Assembly: GCA_964637135.1 (NCBI GenBank)
Contig: CAZWTX010000014.1
Coordinates: 1-58,458, forward strand
DNA: 58,458 bases
Reading direction: 5' to 3'
Origin: an uncultured Methanospirillum sp.
Lineage (GTDB): Archaea > Halobacteriota > Methanomicrobia > Methanomicrobiales > Methanospirillaceae
In this document: positions 38,606 to 47,723 of the stretch, piece after piece
Layout: the number at the start of each line of letters is the position of its first letter
How positions within the stretch are numbered: position 1 is the first letter of the stretch
Position numbers and translations under genes: made by a program
The notes under the pieces: model-generated
Seen by the model: only the letters and a program-made list of their open reading frames with translations
What the model was told of the DNA's origin: nothing
The model's database searches: none

Positions 38606-40578
38606 TGAACGAACTGCCGGCAATCCCTACCGAGGGAGCCGCCCAGGTATTGAAGTACTTCCAGGAGCACCGGGTGAAGAAACGCTTCCCTGACGATGTT
38701 CCTGATCATATCCGGGAAGTGCTCATGGAGATGGTCGAGCACCAGATGAAGGTGATGGAAGGGGCCGAGGACAATCTCCTTGATGATGCCGCTTTCCTGG
38801 CAAGGATGGAAGACCTCATCCACGCTGACCATTTCTACGACTGGCTGAAGGATAACTTCGCTCCGCTCGCAGTTGTAACGGCCGAAGAGGAAGAGATTGA
38901 TGAGGTTCCCGCTGCAACCCCCGAGATCGCCCCGATCCCCCGGGCGAAACTGACTCCCCTTGACAAGAAATCGATGGAAGTCAGGGATTACTTCCTTGAT
39001 CACACCCTTACGGCAGACAACCTCGATTCGCTCCCCGAGCGGGTTGAGAAGATCCTGAAAGACCGGATCAAGGATATCAAGCGGGAAGAAAACCCGAACT
39101 TCAGACTAACCCAGAAACAGTATACTGTTTTCCTCACTGACCTTCTCAAGGACGGTGAGTTTGAACGGTGGGTAGTCGAAGCATTCCCGCTCCCGTCAGA
39201 CGGGGAACGTGAACCAGTCATCGTCAGGAAGGTCGAGCCGGTTGAAGAGATGCAGATTCCTGACTGGGTTGACAGCGGCCGGTACGAGGCACTTGACCGG
39301 TCCCGGCAGGATAAATACCGGGCCCTTCTCCGTGACCACATGGTCCAGCTTCTTGAACTCTCCGGTTTTGAGGATGTCATCCAGCGGACCGGGTCGCGGT
39401 TCTTCACATTAGTCGATCAGGATCTTCCACACCGGACCAACACAACCCTTGCCAAGATTCTCATCAAGCGTGAACTGGAAGGGCTTGAACAGCCTGAACG
39501 GATCATCAGTGACGATCATTATGACCGCATTGTCGCCCAGATGGTCAAGGAGTACCGGCATACCCGGATTGAGCCATGTGAAGCGGTCGGGATCGTTGCG
39601 GCCCAGTCGATTGGCGAGCCGGGTACCCAGATGACGATGCGTACCTTCCACTACGCCGGTGTGGCCGAGATTAACGTTACCCTCGGTCTCCCGCGTCTGA
39701 TCGAGATCATGGACGCACGCAAGGAACCCTCAACCCCGACGATGACGATCTACCTGCGGGAAGGGTACTCCACCGACCGTGACAAGGCCCGTCAGGTCTC
39801 ATGGCAGATCGAGGCCGCACCGCTCCAGGAGTTCGGTGACATCACGACTGATATGGCAAACATGCAGATCGTGGTTCACCTGAACAAGCAGGTCTGCGAC
39901 AAGCGGAAGATTGCGGTCAAGGATATCCTTGAGATCGCTCCGAAGAAGATCCGTGAGAAACGACATTACCGTGACTTTGACTTCGAGGTCAATGAAACCG
40001 GTGCGGTCATTACCTTTGTCCCGAAGGACCGGGGGAGTTACCAGAATCTCTTCCAGCTCAAGGAACATGTCAGGAATGTGATCGTCCAAGGAATCGATGA
40101 TATCGAGCGGGTGGTCGTGAGGAAGGAGTCCGGGGAGTATATTCTCTACACGGAAGGCTCAAACATGAAGGACGTTTTTGCCGTCAGGGGGGTTGATACC
40201 TCCCGGACGAAGACCAACAACATCAATGAGATCTCCCAGGTCCTCGGGATCGAGGCGGCCCGGAACGCGATCATCAATGAAGCCCTGGCAACCCTGTCAG
40301 AACAGGGTATCATGGTCGATGTCAGGCATATCATGCTCGTAGCCGACATGATGTGTATGGATGGCGAGGTTAAGCAGATCGGTCGTCATGGTATCGCAGG
40401 TGAGAAAGAGAGCGTCCTCTCCCGTGCAGCATTCGAAGTTACGGTGAATCATCTGCTTGATGCAGCGGTCGCCCACGAAGCAGATATCCTCTGTGGAGTT
40501 ACCGAGAATGTGATTGTCGGTCAGCCGATCCAGCTGGGAACAGGGGATGTTAAATTAATAGTAAAACAAAAAGTATAG
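38605..40578 (+). CDS. rpoA2: RNA polymerase subunit A'' (Rpo1C) with a roughly 265-aa N-terminal extension
   Basis: [27 protein letters not shown] starts only at aa 326; also SRAAFE and [22 protein letters not shown] coupling to rpoA' and an AGGAGG RBS support the long start. Confidence 0.95.
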   Translation: MNELPAIPTEGAAQVLKYFQEHRVKKRFPDDVPDHIREVLMEMVEHQMKVMEGAEDNLLDDAAFLARMEDLIHADHFYDWLKDNFAPLAVVTAEEEEIDEVPAATPEIAPIPRAKLTPLDKKSMEVRDYFLDHTLTADNLDSLPERVEKILKDRIKDIKREENPNFRLTQKQYTVFLTDLLKDGEFERWVVEAFPLPSDGEREPVIVRKVEPVEEMQIPDWVDSGRYEALDRSRQDKYRALLRDHMVQLLELSGFEDVIQRTGSRFFTLVDQDLPHRTNTTLAKILIKRELEGLEQPERIISDDHYDRIVAQMVKEYRHTRIEPCEAVGIVAAQSIGEPGTQMTMRTFHYAGVAEINVTLGLPRLIEIMDARKEPSTPTMTIYLREGYSTDRDKARQVSWQIEAAPLQEFGDITTDMANMQIVVHLNKQVCDKRKIAVKDILEIAPKKIREKRHYRDFDFEVNETGAVITFVPKDRGSYQNLFQLKEHVRNVIVQGIDDIERVVVRKESGEYILYTEGSNMKDVFAVRGVDTSRTKTNNINEISQVLGIEAARNAIINEALATLSEQGIMVDVRHIMLVADMMCMDGEVKQIGRHGIAGEKESVLSRAAFEVTVNHLLDAAVAHEADILCGVTENVIVGQPIQLGTGDVKLIVKQKV

Positions 40579-40589
40579 GGGTATCTGAT

Positions 40590-40877
40590 ATGGATTTCAA
40601 TACGTCACTCAGAAGGGCTATCAAGACCGGGAATGTCATCCTGGGTCAGAACGAATCAAAGGAAAGCATTGAGGCTGGAAAAGCACAGCTCATTGTGGTT
40701 GCGGCAAACTGTCCGAAAGAGTTTGTAGACTATCTCTCTGCAAAAGACCAGGCAAAGATCCACACCTTCGAAGGTTCAAGTGTCCAGCTCGGCAGAGCAT
40801 GCGGTAAACCATTCATGGTTTCTGCTCTTACGGTCATTGAGGCTGGCGAGTCTGATATCCTGACACTTGCGAGGTAA
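40590..40877 (+). CDS. rpl30e: 50S ribosomal protein L30e
   Basis: AIKTGNVILG, AANCP, LGRACGKPF, GESDIL. Confidence 0.95.
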   Translation: MDFNTSLRRAIKTGNVILGQNESKESIEAGKAQLIVVAANCPKEFVDYLSAKDQAKIHTFEGSSVQLGRACGKPFMVSALTVIEAGESDILTLAR

Positions 40878-40885
40878 GATCCTCC

Positions 40886-41314
40886 ATGGGAGTAGTCCTG
40901 AACGAAGAGACGATTGCGCTCATAGCGCAGTTTGAGAAATTGACCGGTGCCGGGAGCCGTGATGTCATCACTGATGATGAGAACTCCCGGCTCATATTTG
41001 TGATCAACCCTGGCGAGATGGGGTATGCCATCGGGAAACAGGGAGCAAACATCAGAAAAGCCTCAGACTCTTTCGGAAAACACTGTGAAGTGGTCGAGTA
41101 TTCAGACGATCCCACACAGTTTATCAGGAACTGCTTCCACCCCTCCCAGGTCACCGAGGTTCAGTTTTCAGATTATCACGGTGATCAGATTGCCCATGTG
41201 GTGATCAAGGACGAAGATCGGGGTCGTGCTATCGGGAAGGCCGGGAGAAACCTGAACCGGAGCAAGATGCTCGTCGAGAGGGAGCATAATATTCAGGACA
41301 TTATCATCGAATAA
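40886..41314 (+). CDS. nusA: Archaeal NusA (two KH domains)
   Basis: AIGKQG and AIGKAG KH loops, VVEYSDD. Canonical position after L30e. Confidence 0.93.
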   Translation: MGVVLNEETIALIAQFEKLTGAGSRDVITDDENSRLIFVINPGEMGYAIGKQGANIRKASDSFGKHCEVVEYSDDPTQFIRNCFHPSQVTEVQFSDYHGDQIAHVVIKDEDRGRAIGKAGRNLNRSKMLVEREHNIQDIIIE

Positions 41315-41356
41315 CCCCGGGTTTTTATCCCCCAGGCGTTGTTCTTTTATTTTTAT
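41315..41356 (+). terminator. T-rich terminator region after nusA
   Basis: GGGTTTTT...TTCTTTTATTTTTAT after the stop codon. Confidence 0.55.
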
Positions 41357-41400
41357 CTGAATCATAATCCTGAAATAGTTTGCACAGCGAGTTCAATCAC

Positions 41401-42168
41401 ATGCAACAGTATCAGCGATATCTGACAGCCCTTGTGCTCATATTTATGATGGCAGCAGGAGTGGCTTCCTGTGAGAATACAACCGATTTTCCCCAGCCGT
41501 TTCCGACTCAGCAGCCGCCGGCAAATCTCTCGGTAAGTGTTCAGGTTGATCAGGAGGGAACATATATCACCGCGACTTTCCGTGGCGGTTCCGGGCAGAT
41601 GCTGCTCAAGGGAATCGAGGTTGAACTGATCATGCCGGACGGGACAAACCAGACCAAAACCCTAAGTAATGTCGTCGGCGATTCGGTCATGTTCACCGGT
41701 TCAGGATGCGGCGATCAGATCATAGCAACTGCCTCGTTCATGAACGGTCAGTCGTATCCGATCCTGAACATGGTGACCGAGAATATTCCCGGTCTCTGTT
41801 CAGCTGATCTCAGCGTAACTCCTGATCCATGTGCTGTTATTGCGGCTTCACCGGCACTCCGGACACAGCCGATCGAGGAGATTCCCCCAAAGAAGTCAGT
41901 CTCCATCCAGGCGAATGTGGACATCCGGACGATTATTGTCGAGTTCAGGGGAGGATTCGGACAGAATCTGATCAAGGAGCTGAAAGTAACCCGGGTCACC
42001 CCCGAAGGAAAGGAAGATACGCAACTGCTGGGTACGGCAGTAGGTGATTCCGTCAAATTTACGGCTTCAAACAACTGTCTCGAACGGATCAAGGCAGATA
42101 TCTCCTTTATGGACGGGACATCGTATCACTTCTATGACCGGGTCATGCATATCAGCAGGTACACCTGA
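41401..42168 (+). CDS. Secreted or lipoprotein-like protein with two tandem ~80-aa beta-rich repeats
   Basis: Signal peptide ends GVASC. Both repeats share SVSxQ..FRGGxGQxLxK..VGDSVxFT..C...SFMxGxSY. Confidence 0.8.
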   Translation: MQQYQRYLTALVLIFMMAAGVASCENTTDFPQPFPTQQPPANLSVSVQVDQEGTYITATFRGGSGQMLLKGIEVELIMPDGTNQTKTLSNVVGDSVMFTGSGCGDQIIATASFMNGQSYPILNMVTENIPGLCSADLSVTPDPCAVIAASPALRTQPIEEIPPKKSVSIQANVDIRTIIVEFRGGFGQNLIKELKVTRVTPEGKEDTQLLGTAVGDSVKFTASNNCLERIKADISFMDGTSYHFYDRVMHISRYT

Positions 42169-42350
42169 TTCATTTTTTATTTTTTTGTGCATTTTCCTTC
42201 GAAATGATGATATATGGACTGACGTTCATTTTGATCGGTCCAGGTTTTTATTCCGAATTCAGTTCTCTTAATATGAGCCGGTATTCTGGATTAGCCGGCA
42301 TAACTCATACAATTATATTCAACAGACATCAATTAACTATCGAGGTATGA

Positions 42351-44453
42351 ATGATTAACAGGCTATCGATATCCCGTGAATATCTGATTATCATTATTCT
42401 TTATTCAATTCTCACCATTGTGTTGACATACCCGATGGCCTTTCATATGACTGACACCATTGGGAACGGAGATGAGGCTTTTACCTGCTGGTCATTAATC
42501 TGGACAACAAAAACAATAATTGAGGATCCCTTACACCTCTTTCAGGCGAATATTTTTTATCCGGCCAATGAATACTCACTGGCTTTATCAGAACACCTTG
42601 TCGGGTGGACACCAATAACCATTCCAATTTATGCACTTACTCATGATCCCGTTTTGACTCACAATTTTGCCCGTCTTCTGACTTTTATTCTCTGCGGGTT
42701 TGGTATGTATGTTCTCTGCTGCCATTATACTCAAAACCGGTATGCGGCCTTTATTGCCGGTATTTTTTTTGCCTTTTTTGCATACCGTCTGGAGATTCAG
42801 ATGCACCTTCTTGCCATGCAATGGGTGCCTTTCATGCTGCTTTTTTTGGATCGGTTTTTCCATACGGTACGCCTGAGGGATATCGGTGCAGCATCTCTTT
42901 TTTTTGTACTTGAAGTCCTATCCGGTTGGTATGTAGGAATATTGTCCCTGTTGATCGGACTGATATTCGTCGCCGGGTATCTGATAATGGATGGTGATGT
43001 CCGTGTCAGGGTATTTACCCGAAATGCCTGTCTGATGATCATTGTTTCTCTGGTTCTTGTCAGTCTTATCCTCATCCCATTTGCCCTGCCCTATTTCCAG
43101 GCAAGTACACACTATGATGCTGAAAGGGATATCGACGTACCGATACAATCCTCCTGGTCGCTCGATCTTTTTAAAATAGTAGATGAATTCGGGATTTTAT
43201 TCTTACTGTTAGCCCTTATTGGGGTAGTAATCCCAATAATGCCTGATAAAACTGAGGATGATTTGAAACCTGGATTAACAGAACGCATCAGGAGACAGAA
43301 AATACCTCTCATCTTTGCGGCTATCGGAATTATTAGTTATATCCTTGCTTTAGGGCCGGTATTCCAAATTAATGGCCATCTAACCGGAATACTCGCCCCG
43401 TATTATTATCTCTATGCAATGTTTCCTTTTCTTGCCATCGTCAGGGATATAGCCCGGTTCAGCTTTAGTATGAGTTTTGCCGGTTCTGTTCTGACCGGCT
43501 TCGGTGTGGCAGCGATAATTAACCGGATAAATTCTGAAAACTATAAAAAAATAGGTGCCGTTGTTCTTGTGATCCTGACAATCATCGTTTCCTGGCACGG
43601 TCCGGTCTCCATGCCGGTTTCTCTTCCCATGGGAGATCAGATTCCTGAAGAATACAAATGGCTTGCCAACCAATCGGGTGACTTTGCAATTATTGAACTT
43701 CCGACGCGCTGGGTAGAGGATAATTCAGAATATACATACTATTCAGTGTATCACTGGAAGGATATGGTAAATGGGTATAGTGGCAGGGATGTTGAGGAAT
43801 GTTCAAAGATTATGAGAGATACAGGGGCGTCTTTCCCTTCCAACAATACCATTTCACTGTTACAACAGATCGGAATAAAATATGTAATTATCCATGTCGA
43901 CAGAGTCAAGTCAGTGTTGGGTCTTTCTGGAGAAGATGCTAGAGAATTCACACCCCTGCTTATATCTACAATAAACCAGTCTATTTCTAACGAACATCCT
44001 AATTCAGTCCGTATGGTCTGTTCATTCAATGAAACCTTTATCTATGAAATTTTTCCTGAACCTGAAGTGAATCCTGATGATGTCCTCTTCCTCTTACAAA
44101 GTGGCTGGTATGGTTCAAATTCCCAACCCGGGTATTATTTAAAAAATACGGGTCACATCAATGCTTTTTCGGGAAGAGAGGGTGATTACCAGTTAAATTT
44201 CCTCGCCGAACCGGTTTATGGTGATAAAAATATATCCCTATTTGTAAATGGGGAAGAAATCGGAACGTTATCAGCCCCATCAGGGGAGCTCATTAACGGG
44301 GGCGGGATTATTCATTTGAATAAAGGATTTAATGATATCGCGTTCTCGAGTACCTGTACAAGGATGTGCGACATTCCTGAACTGAATACCCTTTCCGATA
44401 AGTGCATTAGTTTTAAATTTACCAATATATCCGCTTCTAAAGATAATATCTAG
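42351..44453 (+). CDS. Polytopic membrane protein, putative GT-C-fold (lipid-phosphate-sugar-dependent) glycosyltransferase
   Basis: About 11-13 TM; GD in the first loop; ANIFYP..LALSE; WLANQSGDFAIIELP..MVNGYSG..LQQIGIKYVIIH, then a soluble C-terminal domain. Clustered with GT2 and SMR genes. Confidence 0.7.
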   Translation: MINRLSISREYLIIIILYSILTIVLTYPMAFHMTDTIGNGDEAFTCWSLIWTTKTIIEDPLHLFQANIFYPANEYSLALSEHLVGWTPITIPIYALTHDPVLTHNFARLLTFILCGFGMYVLCCHYTQNRYAAFIAGIFFAFFAYRLEIQMHLLAMQWVPFMLLFLDRFFHTVRLRDIGAASLFFVLEVLSGWYVGILSLLIGLIFVAGYLIMDGDVRVRVFTRNACLMIIVSLVLVSLILIPFALPYFQASTHYDAERDIDVPIQSSWSLDLFKIVDEFGILFLLLALIGVVIPIMPDKTEDDLKPGLTERIRRQKIPLIFAAIGIISYILALGPVFQINGHLTGILAPYYYLYAMFPFLAIVRDIARFSFSMSFAGSVLTGFGVAAIINRINSENYKKIGAVVLVILTIIVSWHGPVSMPVSLPMGDQIPEEYKWLANQSGDFAIIELPTRWVEDNSEYTYYSVYHWKDMVNGYSGRDVEECSKIMRDTGASFPSNNTISLLQQIGIKYVIIHVDRVKSVLGLSGEDAREFTPLLISTINQSISNEHPNSVRMVCSFNETFIYEIFPEPEVNPDDVLFLLQSGWYGSNSQPGYYLKNTGHINAFSGREGDYQLNFLAEPVYGDKNISLFVNGEEIGTLSAPSGELINGGGIIHLNKGFNDIAFSSTCTRMCDIPELNTLSDKCISFKFTNISASKDNI

Positions 44454-44461
44454 GTTTTTTT

Positions 44462-44818
44462 TCAGCCTCTCACAAGAACAATGATACCGCAGATAATGAT
44501 AATTGCACCTGAAATTCTCATTACACTTATGTTTTCATGGAATAGAAGGAATGAAGCGATGAATATTATCACAAAGGTAAGGGCAATGAATGGATATACA
44601 AATGAAAGATCTTCACGGGATAACGCTATTAACCAGAAAACGGTGGACAATCCATAGCATAATGTACCTCCGATAACCCACGGATTCAGGATCATGGGAA
44701 TGAATGAACTCAGGGATAGTGAAGTAACCGGTCCGATGTCTGTCATCCCGGTTTTCCAGAGAATCTGTCCGGATGAAGCGAATAGTATTCCGATTAAAAT
44801 GATAAATATCGTGTTCAT
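44462..44818 (-). CDS. SMR/EamA-type 4-TM transporter (ArnE/ArnF-like putative flippase)
   Basis: GQILWKTG, FWLIALSREDLSFVYP, LFHENIS..RISG. Confidence 0.82.
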   Translation of the reverse strand: MNTIFIILIGILFASSGQILWKTGMTDIGPVTSLSLSSFIPMILNPWVIGGTLCYGLSTVFWLIALSREDLSFVYPFIALTFVIIFIASFLLFHENISVMRISGAIIIICGIIVLVRG

Positions 44819-44827
44819 ATCCGGCAA

Positions 44828-45742
44828 TTACTCCTCTTTCAATGATAATTGACGAATCCTTTCTTCTATCCGTTCCATTTTCTTTGAAAGATGATCAATA
44901 ATGAGCCCCATTGAACTGAGTTGAATCCCGAAAAGCATCAGAAATACTGAAATTAATGGATAAAATTCATGAATAAGGTAGTAGTGAAAGATTCGCTCAT
45001 GGATACTGACTAGGCCAAATATAAAACCCGCAATGATCAGCAATAATCCCGGCACTGATATCATTTTCGCCAATGGAGACGTTTCATGCCATGCAATCGA
45101 CAGAAGAGCCCTGAACATGCGATATCCATCACGGATAGGATGAAGTTTAGATGTACCCACTCGTTCCCGATATTCAATCGGCACTTCTGATATGAGATAC
45201 CCCAGTTTTGCGGCCCTGACCGTCATCTTAGTTTCAAATTCAAGACTCTTAGCATGAACCTGGAGTTCGTTAAACATCTCTTTTTTAAAAGCCCGGTATC
45301 CGGTCTGGGCATCAGAAATATACTTCCCGCTGATGTAGGTAGCCATCATGGAAAAAATTGCATTCCCTATACGGTTGAAGAAGGGGATATTGTGAGGGTT
45401 AATATTCCGAATTCCTAATACCAGATCAGAACCCTTGTCCAGTTCTTTAAGAAAATCCGGAATGTATCTGGCAGGATATGTACAATCAGCATCGGTGAAG
45501 ATGATGACATCACCAGAAGAGTGTTCTATACCTGTAAGTAATGCCGCCACTTTTCCTTGATTAACAGAATGCTGGAAAACATGATTCTTATCGCTTGCAT
45601 ATCCACGAGCAATATCATATGTTGCATCTTTTGATCCATCATCGATAACAATTATTTCGTCAACATATTGTGAATATTCCTCAATAACCGGGCCAATTGC
45701 CTTTTCTTCATTATATGCTGGAATAATAAGTGTAATGGTCAT
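44828..45742 (-). CDS. GT2 polyprenol-phosphate glycosyltransferase (DPM1/ArnC/GtrB-like) with 2 C-terminal TM
   Basis: IIPAYNEE, IDDGSKD, NQGK, FTDAD (DxD), SDAQTGYR, EVPIEYRER. Confidence 0.9.
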   Translation of the reverse strand: MTITLIIPAYNEEKAIGPVIEEYSQYVDEIIVIDDGSKDATYDIARGYASDKNHVFQHSVNQGKVAALLTGIEHSSGDVIIFTDADCTYPARYIPDFLKELDKGSDLVLGIRNINPHNIPFFNRIGNAIFSMMATYISGKYISDAQTGYRAFKKEMFNELQVHAKSLEFETKMTVRAAKLGYLISEVPIEYRERVGTSKLHPIRDGYRMFRALLSIAWHETSPLAKMISVPGLLLIIAGFIFGLVSIHERIFHYYLIHEFYPLISVFLMLFGIQLSSMGLIIDHLSKKMERIEERIRQLSLKEE

Positions 45743-45982
45743 ATTTTCTCTCTATTGATGATAAGGAAATTTAAACACTGTTCTCCTGTATCATTTCGTT
45801 CTCAGTAAGTGATGTATTCTGCGTATATTACCATAACGAAAGATTTGAGCCGGCAATGAAAAAAAGTGCTGCAAATTCAGATGACGGGTTCTTTTTCCCT
45901 ATCTGCAGGTGATGGGATATCTCATTAGCAGTATTCCTTGATACTGTCCGGGGTTGTATTGTCTGGATTGGATCAAAAAAGA

Positions 45983-46057
45983 CGGACCTGGAGGGATTCG
46001 AACCCCCGACATTCGGGTTAGAAGCCCGACGCTCTATCCTGGCTAAGCCACAGATCC
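45983..46057 (-). tRNA. tRNA-Arg(UCU)
   Basis: Reverse complement: acceptor GGATCTG/CAGGTCC, anticodon arm TCGGG-CTTCTAA-CCCGA, T-loop TTCGAAT, followed by T6. Confidence 0.96.
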
Positions 46058-46113
46058 AGATGTGTCTATATCTGTTATTCAGCCTCTCACTTGAATCTTT
46101 TCAAAAAAAGAGA

Positions 46114-46509
46114 TTAGCCTGCCCGGAAGGTCACCGGACGGACAATATCCACAAGACGGGGCTCCGTAAGCCTGCATGGGTTCACGGTTGCCCGTATGGT
46201 AGTGTTCTGAATAAACCTGACTTTTATCCGCGCTGACATCCGTTCCCGTTCCATGATATGCTGGGTTGGTGTCACTTCAACTAAATGCTTCATCGAGATC
46301 GCGATCGAAAGGACCTCAACGATGATACCGGTATCCCCCACTGAGAGATCTTCACAGTCTACCGGGGTCATAAAAAGCCGGTTTCCAGGCGAGACATTGG
46401 CAATGGAGATGACATTATGGGCGCTGGTCAGTTCGATGGTACGGGGAATTCCTTTTCGCAGCTCATCAATGACACTCTGATGAATCCCGCTCAGTGCAAT
46501 ACACTCCAT
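46114..46509 (-). CDS. DUF473 family archaeal protein
   Basis: ALSGI..VIDEL..RTIELTSAHN and ERERMSARI. Usual neighbour of the PAC2 gene. Confidence 0.75.
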   Translation of the reverse strand: MECIALSGIHQSVIDELRKGIPRTIELTSAHNVISIANVSPGNRLFMTPVDCEDLSVGDTGIIVEVLSIAISMKHLVEVTPTQHIMERERMSARIKVRFIQNTTIRATVNPCRLTEPRLVDIVRPVTFRAG

Positions 46510-46516
46510 TTCCAGA

Positions 46517-47257
46517 TCACCCGTACATCGGAAGCTGCTGATCTTTCCTGATCGGCTGTTCTTCAGCGGTCTGCACCTCTTCGGAGAGCTGGTGCATCTG
46601 TGCTTCTATCTCTTCTGCCTGCTCAATAAGTCCGTCAGTACTGATGTCAAATCCGTACAGACTATTCATAACCTGCATGGTTGCTGCTGCTGCCCGGGGA
46701 TCCGGTGCATTGATCGTCTCGCCGAGAAGCCCGATGCTTGGTATTCCCCTGACCTTGCACTCGGTCAGAAGACTACTTGCGATTCCGGATATACTCCCTA
46801 TCGGGAGGCGGATTGCCGTTTCCCCAAGCCGATCGAGTAATTCTTTGTCAGTGGCGACACAGAAGACCCGTTTTTCCGGTTCGTTGGTGATGATACCCGC
46901 AATCGTGAGAACTTCCTTGATTCTGAACGGGCCGAGCCAGTCAAGGATTGCATTTGCCACCTCGTAACAGATCTGCGGATGGATGGGAATATCAGCAAGA
47001 ATCGCAACATACTGGTCTTTCTCGTATATCCTGACCGGCACCGAGATGACTCCCTCGGTCATCATCGCCATCGGGGGGAAATATTTGCTGGTCATCGTTC
47101 CGATAGGTTTGAACCCGAGCTTGTCGACGAGGTAGGAGAGAGCAATACTTCCCACCAGGCCGCTCCCGGGAAATCCGATAAGGACGGTTGATCCTTCCTG
47201 GGAGAGGGGTTGCGCCTGGACGATCACATCAGGCACCTGGCTACTCATCATTACCAT
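46517..47257 (-). CDS. Proteasome assembly chaperone family protein (PAC2/Pba-like)
   Basis: LIGFPGSGLVGSIA, PVRIY, PDPRAAA and a C-terminal HbYX motif (MYG). Confidence 0.88.
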   Translation of the reverse strand: MVMMSSQVPDVIVQAQPLSQEGSTVLIGFPGSGLVGSIALSYLVDKLGFKPIGTMTSKYFPPMAMMTEGVISVPVRIYEKDQYVAILADIPIHPQICYEVANAILDWLGPFRIKEVLTIAGIITNEPEKRVFCVATDKELLDRLGETAIRLPIGSISGIASSLLTECKVRGIPSIGLLGETINAPDPRAAAATMQVMNSLYGFDISTDGLIEQAEEIEAQMHQLSEEVQTAEEQPIRKDQQLPMYG

Positions 47258-47286
47258 TAGATATCAGGCAAAGCTAAAAAATGTGT

Positions 47287-47607
47287 ATGCAGGAGTATCC
47301 CATCAAGCGGACACATATAAAGACATTCCCGGAGAACATCTCCGGAAAACTTGTTGAACACTTCGGCGTGGCTCCAACTGAAGCAGATGGCAGGTACCGG
47401 ATCACATTCGGGGCACTTGAGCGACTGGATGTCTGGATGGGGGAGAGTAAAAAGAGTCTGATCATTGAGACCGCTTCCCGGACCGATATTGATGACGAGA
47501 CGGTCATCCTCGATACGAACAAGCGGTTCCGCCGGTACCTTGACGATGTCACCGGGTATTCCACGAAGGAACGGGTAAAGAAGGCAAAGACCGTAGAGAA
47601 AGAGTAA
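47287..47607 (+). CDS. Conserved archaeal protein (DUF5611-like)
   Basis: MQEYPIKR...FGAL...DTNKRFRRYLDDVTGYSTKERVK. Confidence 0.72.
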   Translation: MQEYPIKRTHIKTFPENISGKLVEHFGVAPTEADGRYRITFGALERLDVWMGESKKSLIIETASRTDIDDETVILDTNKRFRRYLDDVTGYSTKERVKKAKTVEKE

Positions 47608-47723
47608 TTTTCTCCGGAATCATCGTCCCCTTTCTATTTCTCCGGTTGATCGGTTTCATCCTCCATGCCCCTCCGTGTTCTGCCGATATCCTTGTAAGCT
47701 CTCGGGAGAGATTCCTTTCAGGC

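Noticed and set aside
38605..39410. RpoA'' extension as an intein
   Set aside because: It is N-terminal rather than inserted in a conserved motif, and it lacks intein C/S start, HN end and LAGLIDADG motifs.
32541..40578. RNA polymerase large subunits split into B''/B' and A'/A''
   Set aside because: Normal for this archaeal lineage.
42170..46057. Integrated mobile element at tRNA-Arg
   Set aside because: No integrase or transposase, and no duplicate of the tRNA 3' end found by eye near 41300-42350. Reported only as an AT-rich cassette.
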